Positions 25,848 to 39,007 of a stretch of 60,110 nt of DNA are shown piece by piece. The DNA is from Ginglymostoma cirratum (taxonomy: Eukaryota). Below the pieces are notes generated by a model, which worked only from the letters and a program-made list of their open reading frames with translations, searched no databases and had not been told where the DNA came from. Both the position numbers and the translations under genes were made by a program. How positions within the stretch are numbered: the stretch's first letter is position 1; the number at the start of each line of letters is the position of its first letter. Where the stretch lies: positions 62,001-122,110 of the forward strand of contig JAHRHZ010000115.1 in NCBI GenBank assembly GCA_024137785.1, written 5' to 3'.

Positions 25848-25856
25848 GTCAAGTGA
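25848..25856 (+). CDS. IGHM: IgM TM2 exon coding part (V-K-stop, completing the KVK cytoplasmic tail)
   Basis: Acceptor TCCCTCTTTTCTAG|GTC AAG TGA lies 131 nt after the TM1 donor, with phase 0 on both sides. Confidence 0.87.
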   Translation, partial: VK

Positions 25857-26275
25857 ATGAATTTTGGACTCCTCAGATTTTCTTCATCTGTTTATAGAGG
25901 CCCTTGAATTCTACATCTACAATCTGTTATTTTGCTGATTCCAACAGTGAGATAACTTGAGCTTATGAGCGTGTAGCTGAGAAAATAATTGATGGGTTTT
26001 CCGTTTTAATTTGTTTGATGTCATTGAGATAATTATGGTTGGGATACTCTGCAGCTTCCCAATTGTTTGATGTCCATTTGTAATTTTCTTTCAGAATGGT
26101 TGCCTAACCTTTATGTTGAGCCCGTATTTTCTCTTCCTCGAGTCTGTTACAGATCTGTATAAAATTCACAACTCACAGCACATGCGATATCATCTCAACG
26201 TGGCATCCAGTCATTATATTCACTTCTGTTAACTTTATCATAAAACATTCGATAAAAATGCTGTATGAAATAGTT

Positions 26276-26281
26276 AATAAA
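26276..26281 (+). terminator. Candidate polyadenylation signal of the membrane IgM 3' UTR
   Basis: AATAAA about 420 nt downstream of the TM2 stop. Confidence 0.4.
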
Positions 26282-29229
26282 TTTTGAATGAATATGCACT
26301 AACACTGAGTTTGCTTAATTCTTTCTTCAAAGCACATCGGTAATGATACATTTTCCCAAGTTGAGTTCTGCTCCCTTGCCAGCCAAATACTGTTCTCTGG
26401 TTATGTTTGGCTGTATTTCATCCAGTCATTTAGGATAATGCTGCGCCACCTTCGGTCGACTAATGTAAATCCATCTTTCGCTCGGTATGTCTTATGGAAC
26501 ACTCCAGAGGCAGAATGATAAGAGCGCAAGAAGGCCCTCGGTGGTTCTTCTTATGCGCAGAGTGTCACGGCTTCGGGTGAAGTAATTATTAACATCAGGA
26601 ACGTTGCTGCACCAGAAACCTACAAAAGACAGGCAATGGAGTTAAGAAGCTTACTCTGTCTAAATTAAAAATGCAACCAATGTCGGTATAGCCTGGCTTA
26701 GTATTGGTTAAAGTTCCAATAAAATATCCATTTAAACATTCATCATCCAAAAAATGTCAACGTTCAGTCGGAAATACAGACAGAACAAGTAGACATACTG
26801 AGGAGTGATTCTCAGAGGTGGAGTTTTTCTCACACATGAGGTTCATGGAGCACAAATCTTTGGATCTGTTTGACACACCACACCTGTCAAATCCCAGGGA
26901 ATGAAACTGAGGTCTGTCTGATAAAGAGATATAACTGAATAGCAAACGTCAAAAATTATGAACCAGCGGTCGATGCTGATCAGGCAAGGCAGAGATGCGA
27001 AGTCCTGGAAATATTCAGCCATTGGGACCAATGTGGTGCAAGACAGAATTCAGCACCGATAATACGAACTGTTCGCAGAGTCTGGAACCTATCTATTCTA
27101 GAGACGCTGAAGCCTTCTCCACTAGTTTTACTTTATTTATTGTGGAAATCTATATGTAATATGAACCTCTGATTGAAAACTACTGTAAGCATTTCAAATC
27201 ACCCATCAATTAAGATTTGCCTCGGTCAAATTTGATATCTTGGTCAGCAGAAGCACCCAATGGTTGGTAATTATTTGAGGCATGATATGAACTTGTCAAA
27301 ACAAGCTTTCCCATTTTATCTTAATTTGCCATTTAATCCTTAAATGTGAACGTTATATCTCAACAAAAGATGAATGACCAATTAAATATCTATGACAATT
27401 ACATAACGTGCATCCTCAACATTACAACGAATTGTTCACGGAATGAAATTAGGCCACCACAGAGTCTCTCCCAAACCATTGGAGCAAGAGTCTCATATTT
27501 TCATCGCAGTAGAATTGTTAAATGTGCAAAATGTCGAAAAGTAATGCAGAGGCGGATCGAAGGAATGGAAGTGAAAATGGTAAAGGCATTGTTAGTGTGC
27601 AAAGCATTAAATATAAACTGACTAGAGAAATTGTGTAACCTCTGCTAAATGTGGGAGATCCGAGGACGGGATTTTATGGTTCCTGTTTAACAAACACTCA
27701 CATCATTTCTGATGAATCACAACTAAACGTCCTTTAGGGAAGGAAATTGCATTCCTTGCCTGATCTGACCTACATGCGATTCCAGGCCCACAGAAAAGTG
27801 GCTGACTCTTAATTGCCTTCTGGGCAATTAGAGATGGGCAATGAATGCTGCTTACCCAGCGATTCCCTTCACCCTGTGAATGAGAAAAGGATAACTGCTC
27901 TTTTAAAGCATTACTCCAGGCTAAATGCTCATAGACGTTTGAATGTCACGATTAATTCCGAGTCCACTGCATACTTTACTGGCACATTAATTATCCGAAA
28001 CACTCGCTGCATTAAAATCCGTCTCACTTTATCTGATTTTGTGTTGTTTCTATTGTCAATTATATTTAACCAGCGGCTGAATGCTCTCAATCCTTCTTCA
28101 GTGGAAGCATTTTCTCCCCATCCGACTCTGCCAAAACTCATCAGTATAAAGAGTTCAATCAAATTAAAAGTTCCTGCTCAGCAGAGGAGAACAGTCCTAA
28201 TTTCTCAATGTCGGTGAGGTGATTCTTCCCGGAACGGTGTTGTGAATCAGTCATGCGCCCTCTCTCCTGACTTTGCATTTTTTCAAAGATGTGACACTGA
28301 CACCTGAAATTGTATGCAACATTCCAGGTGAGGCAGGCCATTGTCTTATTTCAGTTTAGCATAATTCCTTTGTATTTGTTCTCTACAGCGCTATTTGTGA
28401 AATAAGGTTTATTTGCTGTACTCTCGATGTGTTATGGTACATTACCTGATTTGTGCACATATACACAGAGGATACTCTGCTCCTGCATCCCTTTGGATTT
28501 ACACATTGACAATTAAATGTTCGTCCGAACTCATTACAATACAAAGAAGCATGTCACACCTCCATGAGACTGAGATCTATCTGACACAAGGATATCAATG
28601 AATAACAGCCCTCAAAGATTATAAATCAGAAGTCGACGTCGATCAGGGAAGGCGGAGATCAGAAGTACTGGAAACCCTGCTGATTTCCAATGGCGTCCTT
28701 TCCTGCAACCTCTCTGTAAAGTTTTGAAGTTGTTCACTGTCCTCCCAATATCCTAATATTTTACCTTAAATTGTTATTAACTTTTTTTTGTAATTATTCT
28801 TTATATACCTATTCACAGTTTGAAACAACCAAGGACTCCAAACACTGAACTCCGAGAATGTGCATGATAAGGCAAATACATTCTGAAAAGGCAAACAGCC
28901 GTAAACAAATTATTGACCAGTACAAAACAGCGGGTGAGATAAATTTGTATTAATAAAAAAAATACAGAAAATACTCTGAAGGTACAACAACCCAGGCAAG
29001 ACCTGAGTGGAGAGAACGGGAGTTAGTTTTTCTTCTATTGTCTTTTATATCCAGAAGTGTCCTTACACACATCATAAGTTCTTTATTTCCTATCACCAAG
29101 TCACCCACGGTATTTTTATTTTCAGCTATTAACCAACACCAGTAAAATTATCAGTGTTTCCAACGGAAAGGCCGTTAAGGGCGATTCACACTATCAAAGG
29201 TGAGTGAGCGGTAGAGATTACTCCTTAAT

Positions 29230-30970
29230 TAGAGTCGGGCAAATTTTGATGGCATGAGACAAGAACTTTCAAGAGTTGATTGGAGTAGACTGTTCACAAG
29301 TAAAGGGCCAGCTACCAAGTGGGAGGCCTTCAAATGTGAAATAACTAGAGTTCAGAGGCATTATGTTCCGGTTAGAGTGAAGGTAAGGCTCATAAAAGTA
29401 GGGAACAATGGAGGCAAAACTAAATAAGAATAACTCTTACATTAGATATAGAAACTTAGATCAAGTGAATATCTTGAAGAGTATAAGAGGTGTGGAGACA
29501 TTCTTAAGAGTAAACTCAGGAGGGCAAAAAGGGGATATAAAATAGCCTTGGAAGATAATGTTCAGGATAATCCAAAGAGATTCTACAAGTGCATTAAGAG
29601 CAAAGGTGTAACTAGGGAAAAAATAGCCTCCTCAAAGATCAGCGTCAATGACTGGAACCACAGGAGATCTGAGAAATACTAACTGTCAGTGCCAGTTTAT
29701 ACTGTGGAAGAAGAAATGGAGGGTAGGAAACTCATGGAAATAAATATTGACATCTTGAATACAGTCCACAATGCAGAAAATGAGTTGCTGGAATTCTTTA
29801 GAAAGGTTTCTTTGAGGTCATAACCTGAATGGTTGTTGAGTGCAAAGTGGTAGACGTTGTCGACATGGATTTTAGTAAAGCCTTTGACAAGGTTTTGCAT
29901 GGTAGACTAATTAGTAAAGTTATATCACACGAGATTCAGGGAGATCTTGCCAATTCGACACAAAATTAGTTTGATGGTGGGAGACAAAGAGTGGTGTTGG
30001 AGGATTGTTGTTTTTGGACTGGAGAATTGGGACCAGCGGTGTTCCGCAGTTTCTGGTGCTGGGTCCACTTTTATTTGTCATTTATATGAACTATTTGAAT
30101 GAGAAATTAGGAGGCGTGGTTAGTAAATGTGTGGCTATACCAAATTGGTGGTATTATCAACAGGGACGAAGGTTATCTAAGATTCCAAAGGGATCTTTAT
30201 CAATTGGGGCAAGGGGCTGGGGAGTGGCATAGGAAGTTTGATTTGGATAAATGCCAGGTATTGCATTTTGGTAAAGCAAACAAGAACGGGGCGTATTCAG
30301 TTAACAGTAGGGATTTTGGGTAGTGTTGTCAAGCAGACATCCAGCAGTTCGAGTGTATATTTCTTTGAAAGTTGCATCACAAGTGAACAGATGGTTAAGA
30401 AGGCATTTGGTACTCTTGCCTTCGTTGCTCAGACCATTGATTAGAAGAGTTGGGACGTCATTTTAGCGTTGTACTGGACATTGGTGAGACCATTTTTGGA
30501 GCACCGTGTGCATTTCTATTTGCCTGCCTTGGGAAGGATATAATTAAATTGATGATGGCTCAAAAAAAATAGGCTGGATAGGCTGTGAATCCTTTCACTG
30601 GAGCGTAAAAAGTTGTGGGGTGGGCTTATAAAGGTTTATAAAATCATGAGCCGCATAGATAAGGTGAATAACAAAAGCCTTTTCCATAGGGCAGGTAAAT
30701 TCAAAATTAGGGGGGTATATTTTTAAGGTAAGGAGAAAAATTTCAAAGGGAAATGAGGGGCACTTTTTCATCCAGAGTTGTCGTCATGGGTGGAATGAAC
30801 TGTCAAAAGAAGTGGTAGATGCAGGTACAGTTGCAACACTTAAAAGACATTTGGATAGGCACATAAATACAAAATGTTTCGAGTGATGTGTGGCAAACAC
30901 AGGCAAGTGGGATTAGTTTAGTTTGGGAAACTCGGTCGGTCTGTTTCCATGCTATATGACTCTATGGCTG
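29230..30970 (+). mobile_element. Degenerate CR1 LINE
   Basis: Remnants of ANFDGMRQELSRVDW, DFSKAFDKV, SGVPQ..VLGPLLF and the 3' tail. Confidence 0.85.
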
Positions 30971-32179
30971 GATGTGATTTAATGTAAACTTATATTCCTG
31001 TGAAACTGCTTAATGTATTTTGTTATGTTAAAAAAAAGTAGTCTTCGAATTGTTTTTACAGCTATTGCTGCAGTTCTGTAAGGGATCGCAGAGGGAGTGA
31101 ATGTGGTTGTATCAATGTAAATCAGTTTGGTGGAACAACCCTGGGAAGAACGAACATCTGCTGGTTTTCAATGAGTTAGTTATTGCTCAAAGACAGCGAA
31201 ATCCGTTTCCAAAACCCCACCCATTCCCATTTGCTGATGTCCGTTCATTTCCATTTCAGGAGAAACCTGCAAGAGAAGTGAATCTATTTCAATCAAAGTC
31301 TGTCTTTCAATAAATGCCTGAAATCCCAATGCTCTGGTGACTGCCCCTGGTCAGTAGAAACAGGTTCGCCTGATCTGCTCCATCAACGCGCCCAGTCACA
31401 TCGCTACCCCTTCCCCCCAGCATTACAAAACGCCCTGACAAATCTCTGGTTAATCATCGTTGCTCCAAAGAGAACATTATCTGTCTCGGGAATCTCTCCA
31501 CAAAATCGAATTACTTCATCTCTAGACATGATGCAAAGTAAAGGATTCTGAAGAGATATTGGGGAAATATTGTCAATTGACAGGTGAAAAAATGTTAAGA
31601 AGACAAAGCAGAAAGTGCAGTATCGAGCTTTGTGAACCTTAAGAAACTCTTTGGGAATCGGGATCAGAGGAGAATGAAGGGTGAACTGTCTGACTGAGTA
31701 GAAACAGTCAAGGCGCCTTGTCCTTCTTTAAGACACTGCGACATTGACTCTGATGTTGTCAGGGACACATGCTGATCTGAGGAATTGAAAGGATCCTCGT
31801 TCCTGCACATCAAGAATTCAAACCTCATCTCAGCTCGGGGACCATGAGAAAACTCCGGAACAGACAAGACATTGAAAAGCTTGAAGGGAGAATGCCCCGG
31901 TTGTAGGAGAGCTGATTCCTGGTGAGATGGATGTGCCTGCAGCGGGTGGCATCACACTGATCTGTGTCTCCACAATGAAGGCTTCAGCCTTTGGTTTGGA
32001 AGAGTAAAACTGATAAAGGACAGTTGACATTTGGGAATGGCAATCTGAAGCATGAACTCACTGACAGCCTGCTTTATGAGATCATGCAAGCTGCTGAATC
32101 GCCAGTCTCTGCGGCGCAAATGGCCATCACCCTCAGTTACAACAGGGCCGTCAAGGCTGGGTATATTCGAGGATGAGAT

Positions 32180-33690
32180 AGACAGATATTTAGTCACACA
32201 GGTAATAAAGGACCATGGGAACTGGCAGAAAAGTGTAGTTGCCAATTATCAAATCAGTCATGACCTCGTTGAAAGGTGGATGAAACCTGAAGGATAATTG
32301 GTTTCCGTCTGCCCCAATTTCTAATGGTCTTAGCCCAACGTCTGCCATTTGGAAAATCCTGGCCACCATTGTTAAGGAAGAAGTAGCAGAACATTGAGAA
32401 GATTACTGCAGTCAAATTGAATCAACACCGTTTGTCGAAAGGGGAATCACATTTGAGAAGTTTGCTGGAATTCTTTGCAAATATAACAAGCAGAATTCGA
32501 TAAAAGGAGCTGCAGATGATGGGTATTTGAACTTCTAGTAAACATTCAATGAGGCACCATATAAAAGTTCATTGGACAAGGGAGGAATTCACGGTATTGG
32601 GAAGAAAATGAGCATGGACTGACAATTGTTTAACACGCAGAAGACAGATTGGTATTTTTCAGGATGGAAAGATACAATTAGTGGAGTGCCAGAATGGTCA
32701 AACATACGGCCTCATTTATTTATCTATTATTATTATCTATTATTTATCCATTAAAGTCGTGAAGGAAGTGGTAGAGTGTAACATGTCCAATTTTGCTGAC
32801 GATGCAAAGTAAGTGGGCGAGCAGGTTGTGATGAGGGCATGCAATCTGTAAGGGTTTATAGACGGATTGAGTGAGTGGGCAAAAACTTGGCAGATGCGGT
32901 TTCATGTAAGGAATGTGAGGTCACGCACTTTGGTAGGAAGGATCAAAAGGCAGATTAGTACTAAAATCGAGAGAAACTCCAACAATGTGCAGTGCAGAGG
33001 AGTCAAGGTGCTTATGTATGAAACAGACAAAAAGTTATTCTGCAGATGTAGCAAATGATTAATAAGGAAAATCTAATTTTGTCCTTTATTACCGCAGGGC
33101 TGAAGTTTTAAAAATAGGAATTCTTGTTACACCCATAATATTCTAGTAAGTCCACATGTGTCGTGTGTGCTGTTTTGATCAGTTTATTAAAAGAAGAATA
33201 TCCTGCTATTGGAAGCTGTTCAGAAGAGACTCAACAGATTGATTCCTGTGATGAAAGTTAAGAACGGTTCATGAGGCTAGACCATTGCTTGTTTAGAAGA
33301 AGGAGGGGTGATCTTATTTAAAAAGTACAAGGCTCTCACGGGATTTGACAGAGTAGATGTTAAGAAAATCTTTCCACGAGTGGGTGAATCTTGAACTAGG
33401 CATACATTTGCAGAATAAAGGGGCACTCAGTAGGATGGGAAGAATTTCTTCTTTGAGGGTACAGAATACCTGGAATTCTCTGCACCAAACAGTTGAGGAG
33501 GCAAGGTTACTAAAAGTATTCAAAAGGCCGGAATTTTTTTTTAAAAAAGACAAAAATCCAACTTGAGTAATGTAAGGTTCTGAGAGAAAAGAGGAGTCGA
33601 GGCCTGGTGCCCATTAGCTCCCATCTTGTTGAATGGTGGGCCAGGGTTGATGGGCTGAATGCACTCCTCCTGCTGCTATTGCTGATGTCC
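32180..33690 (+). mobile_element. Degenerate CR1 LINE fragments
   Basis: FADDAK and LSEWAKTWQMRF motifs plus a CR1 3' end. Confidence 0.75.
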
Positions 33691-33722
33691 TGATGTTGTC
33701 CCGAGGTGGGACAGTACGTGCC

Positions 33723-34552
33723 TCGGAGGAGCAGGAAAGCTGACGTTTCGGGTCTGGATACTTCTTGAGAAATGGGGGAGGAGGAGATGGCTCTGAATTA
33801 AATAGAGACGGGGGAGGCGATGATAGAAGGTGGATAGAGGAGCAGATAGGTGGAGAGAAGACGGACAAGTCAAGGAGGCGGGTATGGAGCCAATAAAGGT
33901 GAGTGTAGGTAGGGAGTTGGGATGGGGGTTGGTCAGTGAGGAGGGAGGGGCAGGTGCATGGGAGGGAAGATGGGCAGTTCAAGGAGGCGGGGATGAGGCT
34001 AGTAGGAGGAAGTGGGGGTGGGGGTTGGTCAGTGAGGTGGGAGGAATGGATATGGGGGGGGTGGGGGTGGGAAAGACGGACAGATCAAGGAGGCCAGGAC
34101 GAAATGTGCTGGTCTTGGAAGGTCGGGGGTGGAGAGATTTTGAAGCTTGTGAAGTCCAAAATGAGACCATTGGGCTGCAGGGTTCCCAAGCGGAATATGA
34201 GGTGCTGTTCCTCCAGCCTTCGGGTGGCATCTTTGTGGCACTGGAGGAGGCCCAGGATGGTCATGTCGTCCAATGAGTGGGAAGGAGCAATGAAGTGGTT
34301 AGCGACTGGGAGGGGTTGACGTTGATCTGGCCGTCTTCTCTCCACCTATCTGCTCCTCTTTCCACCTTCTATTATCGCCTCCCCCTCTCCCTATTTATTT
34401 CAGAGACCCCATCCCCTCCCCCATTTCTGAAGAAGGGTCCAGGCCCGAAGCGTCAGCTTTCCTTCTCCTCTGATGTTGCCTAGCCTGTTGTGTTCATCCA
34501 GCTCTACAACTTGTTTTCTCACACTCCAGCATCGGCAGTTCCTATTATCTCA
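33723..34552 (-). mobile_element. Penelope-like element 3' part with an inverted terminal copy
   Basis: GIY-YIG C-terminal remnant PVANHFIAPSHSLDDMTILGLLQC...RRLEEQHLIFRLGTLQPNGL. Segments 33723-33865 and 34331-34475 are inverted copies. Confidence 0.85.
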
Positions 34553-34559
34553 CAGTATC

Positions 34560-34736
34560 TGCCTCGTCCGCATGCTAAAGAGATTTGCTCATGCGCAGTG
34601 TCCTCTGTGTGTGGAGCAACGGCTGGGCGGGGAGTCTTCATAAACAAACAGTGGAGACATAAAACCCTAAATAAGGCATTCCCTGTACCGGATTGACGTG
34701 AACAAGCCGGGAGCGTCTCTCGGCGAAAGGCCTCAG
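34560..34736 (+). promoter_or_regulatory. CpG-rich putative promoter and non-coding first exon of the + strand ZNF gene
   Basis: Local CpG enrichment, an NRF1-like CATGCGCA, a GC box GGGCGGG and the donor CAG|GTAACG at 34737. An acceptor TTTTACAG| follows at 35187. Confidence 0.45.
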
Positions 34737-35187
34737 GTAACGGCCACCAACTTTGTAGGGAGAAAGGGCCATCAGGACGCATGCAGGTTCATGTTGGGCC
34801 AGGAGAGTGAGGTTGCGAATGCCTCTCTTGGACTGACAGGGATGGAGTTTACAAATCCATTTTACAGGCGGTGGGAAGGCGAGCATTTACACTCAGCAAC
34901 CTCACACCAAGCGAAATTATGGACAGACAGAAAGTGCACGAAACCTCAGGCCTGGTCGTATCAAGGAAGGAAAAACGACTTCAACGATTTGAATGACAAA
35001 GAGGAATAACTGGACTAGAAAAGTTAACTCTGATGCTGCTGGACGTGCGAAGTTTCTGCCGCATTTACTGTTTTCATTTCAGTTTTCTGGCATTTACAGT
35101 ATTTGTTTTTGCTCAAGAAAAATGCTTATCTCATCTGGACTTCTATTCTGAACTCAGCCTGAATTTTTTGTAAAATTTATTTTACAG

Positions 35188-37438
35188 AATATTAGAAGCA
35201 GAGGATCAACAGCTGAGGAATTCAAATCAAATGTAAAATCAAGATCTGATATAAGCACTTAATTGATTAGGATCTGATTACCATCAAGCATTGAATTTGT
35301 TGGGAAAAGATTTGACACTTCTAACTATGGGCAAAGATTTCAGCTGCGAGTGGGAATAATTAATTGGTAAAAAGCCAATTTCAATAGGCTGTGAATGGAT
35401 CTAACCCAGATAAACTGGGCTCAAAACTGAACAATGATCTGCCTTTAAAGAGGAAATACTGCTGACACAGTCGTGGTACATGTTTTCTTGCTGTTGCAAA
35501 AGACTTTCAAGGGTTAACTAAGAACCGTCATATTGCTCTGAAATATAGATGAGTGTCTCTGGGCAGTGCCAGTCAGGCTCTCATTTCTTGTTCAGTTGTT
35601 CATTCTCTGTTACAAAGCCATGTAGCTCTGTCTCAAGAAATAACAATGCCTCTACTCAAGTATGAATGTTTAACCTGTTATCTTACTGTTATAAAAGAAA
35701 TTACCTTGTCATTTAAGTAACTCCTCTTGCCAAAGATTTATTCATTCATGACTGAATATTAGCAAGTAGAATAATTTAGAAAGAGGGTTAGTGCCAGCAC
35801 TTCTACGCAAAGAAGTTCCTAGGAGAACCAAGTGTCAGCTGCAGGCATAAATTACAACACCTACAAAGGAGAACATTAGAGAAAACAAATCCAGAACACC
35901 CAAGATGGAAAAATAAATAAAGATGAAGGAAGAAAGAGTGCTTGTGACAAATATGAGGTTGCCAATGCAACTAGAACTAGGTGGAATTTGGAAGGTTTAG
36001 GGGGGAACTGAATGAACAAATAAGGGAGGCAAGGAGACAGAATGAGCAGAAAAAAGAAGGAAAAATAGAAGGCTTATCATTTCAGGTTTGTCAGCATATA
36101 AATTGTAAATTTCATAAATGACAAGTGAAGCCAATTAGGAATTGGAAAGTAGACTTACAGCTGGGGGTAGAGAGATGACTGAGGTGTAAAATCTAGATGG
36201 TTTACCAAGGAAGTTGACATTACCCTGGCCATGGTGAAAAGAAACGTCTTTAAAATTGAGAAGAAGGAGGCATTAGATAGGTTGTCTGCCAATATTGATA
36301 AGGCATCAGGACGGCATGACACATATCCATGGATTAATGAGGGAAGTGAGCTTCGAGGTTCGGGAAGCAATTCAATTCCCCTAAGACCCAGGGATGGTGA
36401 GAAAGACCTGTAGAATTTTATACCTTACACCCTTGTTCAACAAGGAAATCGTGGATTTGTTATGGATAAAATATATTTTGCTACTTTGCATAAATGTTTT
36501 GATGCCATAGCAAAGAGCTTTGTTACATTTACAGTTAACGTTGTTGATGTACTTTACATGGACTTCCAAAATGCATTTGAGCAAATGCTATGCAATAGTC
36601 TTGAGAGGGAGGTTAGAGGTTCGTAGAATAATAGGAACAGTAGCAAAATGAATAGGCGACTGACTGTGATACAGGAGAAAGAGATAACTGGTTACTGGAT
36701 GTCTTTCAGACTACAGGCAGTTTAACAGTGGTGTCTAAAAATGTGGAGCTGAAGAAGCACACCAGGTCAGACAGCATCGGAGGACAGGAAAGTTGACGTT
36801 TCATGTCTAGACCCTTTATCAGGACTGAGAAGAGATTTTTTTAAATGCCCAGTTTGGAGCATGTGCTCTAAAAGTGCCAGCAATTTAATATACCATCTAC
36901 GTGTTCACAGTGATGAGAGACTGTGGGAAGTGCTATAAAAGTTCTGGGGATCTAATGCGCCATTGACATATTCTCACTGAGGAGAGGCTTTTTAAGTGCC
37001 CAAACTCCGGGAAGTCCTATAAAAGTCGCACAGCACTGATAAACCATCAACAAGTTCAATCTAGTGACAAAGCTTTTAAATTATCAGATTGTGGAAATTG
37101 CTTTAGAAGTTCTGGTGAACTGATGTCCCAACAACATATTCACACTGACGAGAAACATTACTTCCCATCAACATGTTCAAACTGAGGAGAGATGGTTCGT
37201 GTGTTCTCACTGTGGGACCGGATTCAGATGATCATTGGACATCACTGAACACTGGTAAATTCACATTGGGGAGAGGCTGTTCACCTGCTCCATGTGTGGG
37301 AAGGAATTCACTCTGTCCTGTTGCCTTGTGGCACACCAGCAGGCTCACACTGGGGAGAGGCCGTTCGCCTGTGCTGAGAGTGGGAAGAGATTCACTCAGA
37401 CTTGTAAATTAATGAGACACCAGCGAGTTCACAAGTGA
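35188..37438 (+). pseudogene. Degenerate C2H2 zinc-finger gene (finger array ~36824-37438), exon interrupted by repeats
   Basis: Broken TGERPF/FKCP/CGKxF/HQ..H repeats with stops and frameshifts, ending HQRVHK*. AATAAA at ~37551. The putative exon start at 35188 is separated from the array by CR1 and Penelope fragments. Confidence 0.8.
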
Positions 37439-38934
37439 TTTCAGGAGTTGGAGTTTACGGTTTGTTACTCCCAGGACTAAACTCTGTTGATTGGTTCCCT
37501 TTTCTCCTGATGTTAACAAATACAAACATAGTTTTGGCCTTCCAATCCTGAATAAAAGTCAGCTAAATCGGCTTTGTGTTAAACACATAATGTGTTGAAA
37601 CTTGTTAATATCTCTGATACAATTTAAATACTTTTGTAGGACTTTCCCTTTCCTTTGTCTCCTCTGGATTCGCCTTCAACTCGTGTGAGTTATGCTCTGT
37701 CAATAAGCTTCCATTTCAGATTGGGAACACATTTTCCTTATAAATTTGCCACAGTTTCACCTTGATACTTGAGTCTTTGAGTTTTTGCAGGTTTGACAAC
37801 CATTTGAGGCATTGTGCAGACACATAAGGGTCTGCCTTAAAATGCCAGCAATGCCAGAGTAAGCAGTCTTCGGGCTCTTGGGTAAAAGTAGCTCTGTTGA
37901 TGATCTACATTGATATTTATTACAATTAGTCAACAGTTAAATAATTCTAGGATGAAATTAAGGTGTGAATGTTTTGAAGGGACGGCATGAAGCATCAAGT
38001 TCCCAAGAGAAATTTCACAGTGAATCGACATGCATTTTCTAAACACCTATATTCATCCCAAAATTGGATCTGCAGTGTTTCTGCTGTTTGTCTTTATACT
38101 TCAATTCTTCAGTCCACATTAGCTGCTGCTGCCATTCATGTAGTGACTACAACAGACTTTAGATGTTCCTTCACACCTAGCACTCAGAAAACATTTCGTT
38201 TGATCAAGTCAATAGGTTTTCTTTTCAAGTGAAGCTCTTGCATCAAATTAGTCATTTATGCCAAAAGCACAAAGCAAGACTGACAACATCTGCATTGTAG
38301 GCGCGGATATACTTTGACTCATACCTCACACTCTACCACTTCGTATGGCTGTGATGAACATTGAATCTTGGACTGAAAGCTGTGCTCGCTCTTGAACATA
38401 ACCAATGATTCAGCCTTGGCAGTTGTCTGGGTAAATAATTCCATAGATTCAATACAGTCTGAGAGAAGGGATTTGATATCATTTCTTAAATGGCAGCTTC
38501 TTGTTCTGAAATTACACCATCTGGTCCTAGACGCTCCCACAAGGGGAAATAACCTTTCTGCACCTATGCTGTTAAATCTCCTAAGAATCCTGATTGAGTC
38601 ACCAGACTCAAAAAGTTACCTCGGTTTTCTTCCCACAGACGCGGCCAGACTGCTGATTTTATCCAGCAACTTCTGTTTTTGTTCCAGATCTTAAGCATCC
38701 ACAGTGACTTTTTTTTTCTCTTTTAGTTTGCCCCTAAATGTCTTGTACATTCAAATAAGGCATGGGTTTTTTTGCAGTAATGTGGCTGAGCAGTCTCAGA
38801 TGGAGGATGTAGGTGCTTCCTCCTCTTTGTTCATAGATCCATGCAATGCTATCAGTTCCATTCCGTAGTGATTCTGCACTAACGTAGGCAATTCCTGGTC
38901 ATTTTAGAGCTTCTACAAGAATAACATATTCCCC

Positions 38935-39007
38935 TTCCCTGACCAAGAGTTGAATCCTGCTCGTGGCAGTGAAAGTGCCAAATCCTAAGCACTAGAACCT
39001 CACGGAA
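38935..39007 (-). pseudogene. tRNA-Glu(TTC) pseudogene
   Basis: The reverse complement TTCCGTGAGGTTCTAGTGCTTAGGATTTGGCACTTTCACTGCCACGAGCAGGATTCAACTCTTGGTCAGGGAA is collinear with vertebrate tRNA-Glu but carries many stem-breaking changes. Confidence 0.75.

Noticed and set aside
29126-29199. Exon-like 74-nt segment with a good acceptor (TTTTCAG) and donor (AAG|GTGAGT)
   Set aside because: It has no Ig similarity, lies downstream of TM2, and in Cmu1's phase it hits a stop after a few codons.
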